From NCBI GenBank assembly GCA_963762255.1, contig CAVXKA010000001.1, positions 1 through 64,000 on the forward strand: a DNA stretch of 64,000 bases. Direction: 5' to 3'. Under the pieces are notes generated by a model. That model had not been told where the DNA came from. It worked only from the letters and a program-made list of their open reading frames with translations, and made no database searches. The position numbers were made by a program, and so were the translations under genes. Numbering within the stretch: position 1 is the stretch's first letter; each line of letters starts with the position of its first letter. This DNA comes from Candidatus Eiseniibacteriota bacterium. Its GTDB lineage: Bacteria > Eisenbacteria > RBG-16-71-46 > JABDJR01. Shown here in pieces: positions 32,550 through 43,971 of this stretch.

Positions 32550-35500
32550 GCCGCGGCAAACGGACCTTTGCGCGGCCGCGGCCGGCGGCGGCGGTCGCGA
32601 TCCTCGTCGTGCTGGTCTTCTTGCTCTGGTGCGGCGGAGCCCAGGCGTCCCCACCCAACTTCGTCTACGCCCCCGGAGGCGACGGCTGGTTCTGGCAGAA
32701 CCCGATCTGGCCGGCGCCGAACGACTTCAGCTTCGTCGACCGTGACACCGGGTGGGCGGTAGGCAAGCACGGCGCCATCCTGCACAGCATCGACGGCGGG
32801 TCGTCGTGGGGGACCCAGCGTTCCCCCGTCACCGCCGACCTGCTGGGGGTCGACTTCTCCTCGGCGCTCGCCGGGCTGGCGGTCGGCGCGAACGGCACGC
32901 TCCTGCGCACCGGTGACGCCGGCGTGACGTGGACGGCCGGGAGCCTGCCGGGAGCCGGCGACCTCACGGCCGTCCTGGCGCGCACCGGTCTCGACGCCTG
33001 GGTGGTCGGCGCGAACGGCCTCATCGCCCGGACGAGCGATGGGGGCAGCACCTGGCACGAGCAGCCCTCCGGGACGAGCGTCACGCTGAGCGCGATCACG
33101 CTCGCACCCGACGCCTCACTCTGGGTCGCCGGAGCCACCGGCGTGATCCTGCGCAGCACCGACGGAGGCGCGTCGTGGTCGCGGCACGATGCTCCACTGC
33201 AGGAGGACCTGGTCGGCATCAGCTTCGGTAGCGGGGACACCGGCTGCGCGACGGGCGCCGAAGGAGCCATCTACTGGACCACCGACGCGGGCCTGACCTG
33301 GCGCATCATGCAGAGCAAGGGGGCAGCCTCGGCAGACGTGCTCTACTCAGCGGACTTCGTCGATCCGCTGCATGGTTGGGCCACGGGCGTCGGCGGGGAC
33401 GTGTTCCGCACGGACGACGGCGGCGCGACTTGGACCAAGCAGCCCACAGTGGCGAACATGCCCCTGCTGGATGTCACGATGATCGACGTACAGCAGGGAT
33501 GGGTGGTGGGACAGGGCCGCAACGTCCTGCACACGACCGACGGTGGCGGTACCTGGTCCCAGCAGTCGCTCCCGCCGGCCGTCACCAGCCTGTCCGGGAT
33601 CGCCGGCATCGACTCGTCGTCGGCCTGGGCCGTCGGCGCGCGACGGGATCATCATCCACACCTCCGACGGCGGCGTGACGTGGTCCCTGCAGCCGAAGTC
33701 GACGACGAAGGGTCTCACGGACGTCGCCTTCGTCGACGCGCAGCACGGCTGGGCGGTCGGCGACGGAGTCATCCTGGGGACAAGCAACGGCGGGCAGAGC
33801 TGGGGCGTCCAGTACACGGACAGCTACGTGACCCTTGCCTCCGTCTCCTTCGTGAACGCGCTCGAAGGCTGGGCCGTGGGCAGCAGCTGGAAGGCCGGCC
33901 ACCCGTACGTGCTCCACACGACGAACGGCGGGGCCACCTGGTCCGCGGCCGGCCAGTCGCTCCCCCACCTCGAATCGGTCACGTTCGCGGACGCCCAGCA
34001 CGGCTGGGCGGTCTGCGACGGGTTCTCCATAGACTCGGGACCGGCCAGCGCCGTGTACGCGACCAGCGACGGCGGCGTCACCTGGCAGGCCGGCGGCGTG
34101 GTCCCCGGGCTGCTGCAGGGCGTGACCTGCCTCGGCGCCGACCGGGTCTGGGCCGTCGGCGACGGTGGGACGCTCGAGTACTCGCCGGACGGGGGCGCTC
34201 ACTGGATGACCCGGACCGGTCACATCTCGCGACTCAATGACGTCTCCTTCTCCGGCCCGTCGACGGCGATCGCCGTCGGCGCCTCCGGCACGGTCATGCG
34301 CTCGTCGTCGGACGGGACCTTCTGGACGTCCGTGGGCCCGCCGACGAGGGGAGAGTTCTCCGAAGTCGAGCTCGCCGGCGCCGACGCGGGCTGGATCGGT
34401 GGAAGCGACGGCAGTCTGTATCGCAGCACGGACGGCGGCTCCTCGTGGTCGCTGGTCCCAGGGACGAAGCCGCTCGCCCTCGGCACGCTGCGCGCCGTCG
34501 CGTGCGTCGACGACCAGACGGCGTGGGCGACCGGATCGGACGGCACCGGGTCGATCGTCCACACGACCGACGGGGGCCACACCTGGGTGCGCCAGTACTC
34601 CGGGGAGCTGCACACCTCGGGCACGGGGTTCGAATGGCCCTCGGCCATCGCGTTCCCGACGGCGGACTCCGGCTGGGTGGTGGGGGACTCGGGGCTGATC
34701 CTCCACACCGGGGACGGCGGGCAGACCTGGTCGAAGCAGTCCTACGGCGACGACCGGCTGCAGAGCGTCGCGTTCGCAGACGACCACAACGGCTGGGCGG
34801 TCGGCAACTACGGAGCCATCCTCCACACCACCGACGGGGGCGCGACCTGGGTGAGGCAGACGGCGCCGACCGTGGCCGGCACGTCGCCGTGGTACTTCAG
34901 CGTCGCCTGCACCGACTCCGCCAACGCCTGGATCGTGGGCACCGGCGGCGCCATCATGCACACCAGTGACGGGGGAGCCAGCTGGCGACAGCAGACGTCC
35001 GGCATCGGCTGGGATCTGTACAGCGTGACGTTCACCGACGCCTCCACAGGCTGGGCGGTCGGCGACTGGTGGATCCTTCGCACCGTGGACGGCGGCCTGA
35101 CCTGGGAACGGCTGCAGCTGGACCCACCGGTGCGGCTCGCGAGCGTCAGCTTCGCGGATGCGCGCAATGGCTGGGCAGCCGGCGCGCAGGGAGTGCTGCT
35201 GCGCACCACCGACGGAGGGTCGACGTGGAAGGCGCAGGACACGGGGCTCGGCGCCGACACCGATCTGCGCGCGGTCACCGCGGCGAACACGTACACGGCC
35301 TGGGCCATCACGCCGAACCTGATCCTGCACTGCGGCGACAGCGGCCGTCCCACGGGAAGCGTGGACACGACCGACACCACCGCCCCCATCACGACGGCGG
35401 CGGGGATCCTCGACGGATGGAGCAGGACCGCGTTGGCGATCGACCTCGAGTCACATGACGGGGACGGCGTCGCCTACACGGAATGGCGCCTTGACGGCGG

Positions 35501-35924
35501 GGGCGCCGGCTGGACGGTGGGCAACCACGTCGTCGTGGACCGCCAGGGACGGACCATCCTCTCCTACCGCTCAGTCGACAACCGAGGGAACATCGAGGCC
35601 ACGCGGACGGCAGTGATCGACATCGACGGCCTGCCGCCGGCGACGGCCGCGAGCTCCGCTCTCCGCGTCCGCAGACTGGCGACGGCTACGTTCAAGGGCC
35701 GGCTGACCGACCCTGCCGCCCCCACCTGCGCCGTGCGCCTGCAGATCCGGCGAGCGGGCAAGATCGTGAGGACGGTGGATCTCGGCGCCAAGGCTCCGGG
35801 GACGATCGCCGTCCGTTGGCGCTGTCGTCTGGCGCGCGGCAAGTACACGTACCGCTTCCTGGCGACCGATCTTGCCGGTAACCCGCAGAGTACCGCTACC
35901 TCAAAGACGCTGACCATCCGCTGA
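32546..35924 (+). CDS. Secreted YCF48/BNR-repeat protein (about 21 blades) with basic C-terminal domain; frameshift near 33640
   Basis: ATGA-coupled to upstream gene; repeated L..V.F.D...GWAVG..G.IL.T.DGG.TW. Confidence 0.85.
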
Positions 35925-35975
35925 CTTGCGCGAGATCGCTTCGCCCTCGCGCTCTCAGAGCGTAGACTGACGCCC

Positions 35976-36957
35976 ATGGCCGATCCGACTCGAAGGCATC
36001 CACTTCCTGGTCACCTACCGGTGCACCTACGCGTGCGACCACTGCTTCGTGTGGGGGTCGCCGGACGCCGAGGGGACGATGACGCTGGCGCAGCTCACGA
36101 GCGTCATCGACCAGGCCGCGGAGCTGGGGCTCGCCGACGTCTACTTCGAAGGCGGCGAGCCCACGCTCGCTTACCCCATCGTGCTCGCGGCGGCGAAGCA
36201 TGCCCGCGAGCGCGGCTTGGACGTCGGCATCGTCAGCAACTGCTTCTGGGCGACGTCCATCGCCGACGCAAAGATCTGGCTGGCGCCCCTCGCCGAGCTC
36301 GGCCTCGCCGACCTCTCGCTCTCGTCCTACGCCTACTTCGTCGAGGACGCGGACGAGGAACGCCTGCGCAACGCCGTCCTGGCTGCGCAGGACCTCGGTA
36401 TGCCGGTAGGTGTGCTCGAAGTGGGCGCACCCGCTGAGATCGGCGTTTCCGACGCCTGCTCCGGCGACGTCTGCGAGGTGATGCACAAGGGGCGCGCGGC
36501 CGTCGCGCTCGCGCCGGCCAAGGCCTCGCGGCCGCCCGAGACGCTCACCACCTGCCCCTTCGAGGACCTTGCCGACCCGGGCCGCGCCCACGTCGGCCCG
36601 GACGGAGAACTGCAGGTATGCCAGGGCATCAGCGCCGGCAACGTCTTCGCCGCAGGCGACGGGCCGCCGGCGCCCGACGACGTCGCGGCCCCGCGCGCAG
36701 GCGGCCTCGCCGCCGTGCTCGACGCGTACGACCCGCACACCCGCCCCGTCATCCGCGACATCCTCGCCGGCGGCCCCTGGGCCCTCGCCCAGGCCGTCGG
36801 CCACACGCCGGAGCGTCCCTTGTACGCCGACGAATGCCATCTGTGCTACGAAGTCCGTGCGGCGCTGCGCCGCGCCGGCCGCTTCCCCGAAGTGGTCGCG
36901 CCGGGCCAGTGCTACGCCGAGAACGAGCCCAAGGAGGGGGAAGACCATGGCGTCTGA
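35976..36957 (+). CDS. Radical SAM protein; frameshift near the start
   Basis: TYRCTYACDHCF (CxxxCxxC), FEGGEPTL, SNCFWA, C-terminal ADECHLC. Confidence 0.85.
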
Positions 36958-37387
36958 GTGCGAACGATTCTGGGACCGTGACAGCTACGCGATCGTCGGC
37001 CACGAGGGCAGCAAGAAGCCCTTCCCGAAGATCGCCTACGGGGCGCTCAAGGAGCGGGGCAAGACCGTCTACCCGGTCGACGAAGGCGGGGCCACGATCG
37101 ACGGCGACAAGTCGTATCCCGACTTCACAGCGCTGCCGGCCCCAGTCGAGGCGGCAGTGCTGGAGCTCCCCAAGGAGGAGACCGCCGCCTGGGTCGCCAG
37201 GGCGGCGGACGCCGGCGTCAAGGAGATCTGGATCCACCAGATGACCGACACACCCGAGGCGCTCGCCGAGGCCGAGAAGCGCGGCCTCAAGGTCATCACC
37301 GGCCACTGCGCGGTGATGTACAACAAGCCCGGCATGAGCATGCACGCGCCGCACCGCTGGATCTGGAAGCTCGTCGGCAAGTACTGA
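36947..37387 (+). CDS. CoA-binding protein (CoA_binding_2/YccU-like)
   Basis: YAIVG..GKTVYPV..IDGDKSYP..GVKEIWIHQ..CAVM. Confidence 0.85.
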   Translation: MASECERFWDRDSYAIVGHEGSKKPFPKIAYGALKERGKTVYPVDEGGATIDGDKSYPDFTALPAPVEAAVLELPKEETAAWVARAADAGVKEIWIHQMTDTPEALAEAEKRGLKVITGHCAVMYNKPGMSMHAPHRWIWKLVGKY

Positions 37388-37419
37388 CGACCCACGATCG
37401 AACGCCGCCGCGCGCGATG

Positions 37420-37455
37420 GGGCGGGAGACCCATCCGTACATGGGCCTCCCGCCC
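37420..37455. terminator. Hairpin between convergent genes
   Basis: GGGCGGGAG-ACCCAT..ATGGG-CCTCCCGCCC. Confidence 0.5.
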
Positions 37456-37519
37456 GCGCCCGTACGGAACAAGGGCGGCGGACGCCTCCCGGCGCCCGCC
37501 GCCCTCAGGGGGACGAGGA

Positions 37520-37720
37520 TCAGCGCATCGTTTCGGGCGGCGTCGCCCGCTGCTTGGCCGGCAGGATCGCCACGATGATGAGGATCAGGATCGGGAAGAA
37601 GATGCAGAGGATGATCCAAAGGGCCCGGTTGAGATCCTTGCGGTCGACCATCCGCCACACGAGCCACAGGCAGATCACCCAGATGACGAACCAGATCGTC
37701 CCGTAGACTACCCAACTCAT
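37520..37720 (-). CDS. Small two-TM membrane protein (PLDc_N-like)
   Basis: SD GGAGGAGG; MSWVVYG..DRKDLNRALWIILCIFFP. Confidence 0.7.
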   Translation of the reverse strand: MSWVVYGTIWFVIWVICLWLVWRMVDRKDLNRALWIILCIFFPILILIIVAILPAKQRATPPETMR

Positions 37721-38125
37721 GTGATCGCCTCCTCCGAGTGCGGCCTCCGCCGATGGCGGCATGGCTGCTCACGGTGGGTCTACCCCCTCCGGGGGCAGAA
37801 TCCTTCGCGGCGAGACGTTGCCGTGACCGGAGCAGTGCGGGAAGACGCCGCCCGAGGCCTGCGCGACGTCTGCGCCGTCGCCGCCGTGCGGGGTGATGCG
37901 ATTCGGCGGCGAACGTCCAAGCGTACGTCCAGACACCCCATGGGGTGTTCAGGCGTACGCCTGAGCGTACCTGTGCCGACCGACTGCAGCTGGCGCCGTG
38001 CGAAACGCCCTTTGCCCTGCACACCCTTCGCAGGCGCGAACCAAGCGCCACGCGACCCAGGCCCGGAGGGACCTCAGTGTGAGGTGCTCCTGACGGCGCC
38101 CCTCACGTTGACTCCGCTGCGCCGG

Positions 38126-39798
38126 TCAATCGATCAGGCCGTCGGCGGCGGGGAGGTCCGGCGGCTGCGGAGGGATCTCGTCCTCGGGCAGGCCGCGGAC
38201 GTGCTCGAGGGCGCGCTCCGCGGCGGCCGCGCCCTCGCGCAGGCAGTCGCCGATGCCGATGCCGTGGTACGCGCCGCCGGCGAGCTCGATGCCCGGCACG
38301 CGGGCGACGGCGGCCTCGATGTGCCCGACGAGCTCGACGTGGCCGACGCGGTACTGCGGCATGCCGCGCGGCCAGCGGAAGATCTGCACGAACTCCGGCT
38401 CCGCCGAGATGCCCATGATCTCGCGCAGCTCGGCGCGGACCACGGCGGCCATCTCGTCGTCGTCCAGCTGGGCCGCCGCCTCGCGGCCGGCGCGGCCGAG
38501 GAAGCTGCGCAGCAGCACGTGGCCGTCGGGCGCGCGCCCGTCGAACTTGCTCGAGCTCCAGGTGGTCGCCATGACGGGGCGGTTCTCGGCGCGAGGCACG
38601 ACGAAGCCGAAGCCCTTGAGGTCGTGCCCCACCTGGTCGGCACGGTAGGCGACCGACGCCGTGGCCGTCGTCACGTACTCGATGGACGAGAGGTCGGCGG
38701 CGGCGAGCGGCGCGACCGGGCGCAGCAGGTCGCCGCTCGCCCACGCCGGAGTCGCGAGCACGACGGCGTCGGCCACCACGCGGGAGCCGTCGCTCAGCTG
38801 GAGCGCGAAGGCGCCCGACCCGGCGCGGGCGCCGCAGCCGGCGCCGCACTCGGCCATCGTCTTGACCCCGGTGCCGGGGTGCAGACGCTCGGCCGGCAGG
38901 GTCGCGACGATGGCGTCGCTCAGGTCCTGTAGCCCGCCCTTGAACGAGTAGAAGTAGGACTTCGGGCCGGGCGGCCTCTCGCCGGCGGTCGCGCCTGAGG
39001 CGCCACCCGGGGCGGCGGCGCCGGGGCCACGGCGCCGCCGCGCGCCGCCGCGGCCTTCTGGCGCGCCTTGCGGCGCTTCAGCATCGCGAGGATGAGGCTG
39101 CGGTGCTCGCGCTCCATGTCCAGGAACATCGGGAACGTCGCGCGCACGCTCATCTGCTCGGGGTCGCCGGCGTGGATGCCGGCGACGATGGGCTCGGCGA
39201 TGCGCGCCAGCGCCTCGTTGCCGAGCCGGCGGCGGACGAAGTCGCCGAGGCTCTCGTCGAGGGCCGAGCCGATGGCGCCCGTCGGCCCTCCGGTCGCCGC
39301 GCCGCCTCGCGGGAGCAGCAGGTCGAGGCCCATGCGGACCTTGCCCGGCCAGCTCATCAGGCCGCTCATCGCGAACGGGACCATGCGCGTCGGGACCATG
39401 AGGATGATGCCCTCGGGCAGCTCGTGCAGGCGTCCGCGGGTGTAGACGAAGCTCTTGCGGATGTCCTCGTTGCAGTCGAGGAACCGGTCGCCGATGCCGA
39501 CCTCGCGGGCGGCGGTGATCGGCCAGTGCTTCTCGATGATGGCCGAGTCCGGGCCGCCCTCGACGACGAACCCGTCCCTGCGGATGGTGTGGACCTTGCC
39601 GCCCAGGCGCGGGTCCTGCTCGTACAGCTGCCAGTCGACCGAGGGGTCCTGGGCGCGCGCCGCCTCGAGCACGCGCGCCGCGCCCAGCCCGGCCATGCCG
39701 CCGCCGACGACGACGATCCGGAAGGGCCGGTCCGCCGCGTCGCCGGCCTGCCCGGCCGCGCCGTTCGGGATCGCTCTGGAGTCGTCCACCGCCGTCAC
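38126..39798 (-). CDS. hemY: Coproporphyrinogen/protoporphyrinogen oxidase HemY; frameshift near 39000
   Basis: VVGGGMAGL, RLGGK, EGGPDS, GIHAGD, GFGFVVP, MPQYRVGH, GIGIGDC. Confidence 0.92.
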
Positions 39799-40761
39799 CG
39801 GTGAGAGTGCGGGCCGTCCGGCTGCTTCAGAGCCCGCTCGACCGGCCGGTGCGCGAGGTAGTCGGTGACGACGTCGGCCAGCGCCTCGATGAAGAACGGC
39901 GAGTCGTTGGGGGCGTGTGAGCGCCGGTACTCGATGCCGAGGTCCTCGATCTGCTGGCGGAGCACGATGTCGAGGTCGAAGAGCGTCTCGACGTTGTCGC
40001 TCACGAACCCGACCGGCACGACGAGGATCTTCTTCCAGCCTTCTTCGGCGAGGACGCGCACCGCGTCGTCGGCCTCCGGCTCCATCCACTCGCCGCCGCC
40101 GCGACCCTTGCTCTGGAAGCCGAAGCGCCAGTCGCCCGGCATGATCTGGGGGACCAGCTGGGAGATGGTCTGCTGCAGCTGGTCAACGTACGGGTCGCCC
40201 TCCTCGATCGTCTCGACCGGCACGCTGTGCGCCGTGAAGAGGACAGCCCACTCGCTCACGTCGCAGCCGTCGAGCGCCTCGGCGACGCGGCGGCTGATGG
40301 TCCGCACGAAGCCCTGGCTCGCGTACCAGCCCTCGAGGAGCGGGACGTCGCGGCCGCGACCGCCGGTGGTGGGGTCCTCGGCCGCGGCCAGCTGCGCGAG
40401 GTACTTGCCGCTGGTCAGCCGCGAAGCGAAGGGACTCATGGGCAGCGCGACGACCTCGTGCGCGTCCAGCGAGCGGACGCAGTCGACGACGCCAGGCTGC
40501 GTGTAGAGGAAGCCGTGGCGGACGCGGATGGGGAACGCCGAGCTCCTGGACGAGCTTGGCCTGGAGCGCGAGCGCCTGGCGCGCGGTGATGGCCGGGAGC
40601 GGCGAGGCGCCGCCGATGAGCGCGTAGCGCTCCTTGACGGCGGCGACCGTCCCCGGATCTGGCGTGCGCCCCATGAGCCGCTCCAGGAACGGCACGATCT
40701 GCTCGGGGCTCTCCGGCCCGCCGTAGGCGAGCAGGGCGACGTCGACGAGGCTCTCGGTCAT
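39795..40761 (-). CDS. hemH: Ferrochelatase; frameshift near 40530
   Basis: LLAYGGP, RYALIGGASPL, FTAHSVP, GDPY, FQS..W.EP, PVGFVSDNVETLFDLD. Confidence 0.92.
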
Positions 40762-40779
40762 GCGTTCATCCTCCGGAGC

Positions 40780-41811
40780 TCAGATCGGGGCGGCCGAGAG
40801 CCGGTGCACGGCGTCGACCAGGTACTTGACGTTGTCCGGCGGCACCTGCGGGATGAGGCCGTGGCCGAGGTTGAAGATGTGCCCTGGGCGGCCGCCGGCG
40901 CGGCGCAGCACGTCGGCCACGCGCTCTTCGATGGCCTTGGGCGGTCCGAGGAGCGTGATCGGGTCCAGGTTGCCCTGGATGGCCACATCGCCGAGCTGAT
41001 CCCAGGCGCGGTCGAGCTCGATGCGCCAGTCCACGCCGTAGACGTCGCTGCCGGCCTTGCCGACCAGGTCGAGCATGGCCGAGGCGCCGTTGCCGAAGTA
41101 GATGAGCGGCGCCCCCAGGCCCTTCACGTTGTCCACCACGTAGCGCACGTGCGGCAGCACCAGCAGCTCGTAGTCGAAGGGGCTCAGCCAGCCGACCCAG
41201 GAGTCGAAGAGCTGCACCACCTGTGCGCCTGCGGCGATCTGCGCCTTGAGGTAGTCGACGACGACCTCGGAGATGACGCTCATGAGGCGCCCGAAGGTCA
41301 CCGGGTCCTCGTACATGAGCTTCTTCACGTGCGCGTAGTTGCGCGAGTGGCCACCCTCGACGATGTAACTCGCGAGCGTGAACGGGGCGCCGGAGAAGCC
41401 GATGAGCGGGATGCCCGGGTCGAGCTCGTGGCGCACGAGCTTGATGGTGTCCATCACGTACTGCAGGTCGGCCGCGGCGTCGATGCCGTGGACGCCCTCC
41501 AGGTCGCGGGCGCCGCGGATGGGCCGCTCGATGACGGGCCCGTCGTCCTTGCTGAAGTGGAACCCGATCCCCATCGGCTCCAGCGGCAGCAGGATGTCGG
41601 CGAACACGATGGCCGCGTCCAGGTCGAAGCGGCGGAGCGGCTGCAGCGTGACCTCGGCCGCCACGTCCGGCCGCCGGCACATCTCCACGAAGCTCATCTT
41701 CTCGCGGATGGCGCGGTACTCGGGCAGGTAGCGGCCGGCCTGGCGCATGAGCCAGACGGGCGTCGCGTCGACGGGTTTGCGGGCGCAGGCATCGAGGAGG
41801 CGCATGGGCAT
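40780..41811 (-). CDS. hemE: Uroporphyrinogen decarboxylase
   Basis: PVWLMRQAGRYLPEY, DAAIVFADIL, GFSGAPFTLASY, QGNLDP, IFNLGHG; extended -10 TGCTACAAT at 41848-41856. Confidence 0.96.
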   Translation of the reverse strand: MPMRLLDACARKPVDATPVWLMRQAGRYLPEYRAIREKMSFVEMCRRPDVAAEVTLQPLRRFDLDAAIVFADILLPLEPMGIGFHFSKDDGPVIERPIRGARDLEGVHGIDAAADLQYVMDTIKLVRHELDPGIPLIGFSGAPFTLASYIVEGGHSRNYAHVKKLMYEDPVTFGRLMSVISEVVVDYLKAQIAAGAQVVQLFDSWVGWLSPFDYELLVLPHVRYVVDNVKGLGAPLIYFGNGASAMLDLVGKAGSDVYGVDWRIELDRAWDQLGDVAIQGNLDPITLLGPPKAIEERVADVLRRAGGRPGHIFNLGHGLIPQVPPDNVKYLVDAVHRLSAAPI

Positions 41812-41959
41812 CACCTGAGTAGATGGAACAGGCTTACAGGGACGGTGATTGTAGCAAACGGGAGCCCTTGGGCTCCCGTCGACGGAGGGGACGCAGGCCG
41901 GCGCCGGTTCATTAGTCGCAGCATGCCAACTAACTGGCGGTGCACCGCAGGGTCACCGG

Positions 41960-42193
41960 CTACTCGGCCGGCCTGTATCCTTCGCCCAGCGCCGCCTTGC
42001 GGCACGTGTGGCACACCGTGATCATCTCGCAGCGCTGCGGCGAGACGACGTGGTAGCGAAGCGCCCTGGCGCTGAGCTTGGCGCCGCACAGACCGCAGTG
42101 GGCGCTGTCGATGGAGCGGACTGTGGCAGGTGGACTGGGCGCGACCGCGTCGCGACCATCCGACTGAGCCGGCATCGGGTGGACCTGGCCCAT
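41960..42193 (-). CDS. Small CxxC..CxxC zinc-finger-like protein
   Basis: SD GGAGGGAG; CGLC..CHTC. Confidence 0.6.
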   Translation of the reverse strand: MGQVHPMPAQSDGRDAVAPSPPATVRSIDSAHCGLCGAKLSARALRYHVVSPQRCEMITVCHTCRKAALGEGYRPAE

Positions 42194-42429
42194 GGAGTCC
42201 TCCCTCCGATGTGCTGCAGCTTCCGGGGCGGGGGCCGGCAAGCTCATGCAACGTACACACAACCTGCCCCAAATCGGCCGCGCGATAACGCTCCCGGGCA
42301 CCGTGCGGCCTAGCCGGCGTTGCCACCGGCAGCGACACTTCGTCCCGCCGGTCCGTGGCGTGCCGTACCCCAGTCACAGTAGGATGACGGCAGGGCACGC
42401 GGGCCTCCCCGGTCCGCACCAAGGAGGAG

Positions 42430-43816
42430 ATGGGTATGAGACGTCTGTTCGCCGCGGCGACCGTGTGCGCCGCAATCCTGCTGATCACCGGCGTGGCCGC
42501 GGCAGCGCCGCGGTACGCGCCCAACACCGCCGGCCTCAAGGCGCACAACGCCGTCGCCCGGGACCACGGGCAGCGAGCACCGGTCGGCTACGAGCCGCTG
42601 GCGCGGCGCATCCTGAGCGGCACCGGCACCATCAACCTCAACGTGTACTCGTGGAACAGTGTCCCGGAGGTCGGCGCCACCGTGGACTGGTACGTCTTCA
42701 CCGACACCGGTGACGGCACCGGCGAGGGCACGACCGACGGCGACGGGCACGTCGATCTGACCGGGGTCCCTGCCGCGAACAGCGACAACGGCGAGATCTC
42801 CGTCGCCCTCGACGCCACCGACGGTGGCACCTACGACCTGTCGAACATGTCTTGGGGCGACGCCGGCATGACCGGCGCTCTGCAGGCCGGCCGCCTCCCG
42901 GTGACTCTCGGGCGCAGTTCCCAGAGACGGGTGGAATACGTGGGACTACGCGCGCGTGTGGCTCTGGGCGCACCAGTCCAGTGGTAGCCAGGTGCATCAG
43001 GCGGCGTCCAACATCGCCCGCTCGGGCTCCTTCGCGGACGGCTACGTCCGCACGATCCAGACCGGTCCGGAGACGCTCGGCAGCGGCGCTGCGTACTTCT
43101 GGGACAACGAGGGTGTGGAGCTGGCGGTCGACGGCATCCAGGTCGCACCCGGCCAGACCGCCACATCCGGACCGACCGCCTACGAGGCAGACGCGCAGCG
43201 ACTGCTGATGGGGTACTGGGGCTCCGGCAAGCCGGGCTCGGCTGCCTGGGTCGTCATGGACAACTACCCCGACGGCTGGGTGAACGACATCTCCGGTGTG
43301 GCCGACTACCCGGCGACCGCAAAGCAGAAGTACTTCGGCTCCTTCACCTGCGACGGCGCCCAGTACGACTCCAAGAAGATCACTATCCCCAGCACGGCGG
43401 CCCCAGGCTACGCCTACTGGATCGACGCGAGCCACACCTCCGGACCTCTCGACCTCTGGGCGTCGTTCCAGGTCTGCACGCTCAAGCCGAGCAAGTCGGC
43501 GGTGTCTCCCAGCGCATCGATCTCACTCAGCGGTGTCGTGCCGATCAAGGGCCACTACGGCAGCAAGAGGGGCACGCCCAAGTACGTGACCATCTACAAG
43601 ACGACGTCGGCCAAGACCGCCAAGGCCCAGCCCGCCGTCAGCGGCGGCAAGACGGTGAAGGGCTGGTCCAAGGTCGGCAGAGTCCGCACGGACGGCCTCG
43701 GCAAGTACAAGCTCTCGACGCGGCCCGGCAAGACCGCGTGGTATTGCGTGTGGTACGCGGCCGACGCGTGGTACTGGGGCGCCTGGACGTCGGTGGCCAA
43801 GGTGACAGTCAGGTAG
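42430..43816 (+). CDS. Secreted hypothetical protein (paralog 1), basic C-terminal Ig-like domain; frameshift near 42930
   Basis: SD AAGGAGGAG; signal peptide; similar to the downstream paralog along its length. Confidence 0.75.
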
Positions 43817-43857
43817 CAGCAAGCACCAGAGATCGCGCGCGGAGGCGCGAACGACAC

Positions 43858-43893
43858 CGAGGGCCGGGGCTGTGGAAGCAGCCCCGGCCCTCG
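43858..43893 (+). terminator. Hairpin terminator
   Basis: CGAGGGCCGGGGCTG-TGGAAG-CAGCCCCGGCCCTCG. Confidence 0.65.
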
Positions 43894-43971
43894 CCCTCGT
43901 TCGCATCCTGCCCGCGATAGGATGACGAAGGAGAGCGCGGGAGGGCGCCTCCGGTCCTGGAGGAGGAACCA

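Noticed and set aside
32700-35340. CRISPR or DNA tandem array
   Set aside because: The repeats are degenerate protein-level BNR blades within a CDS.
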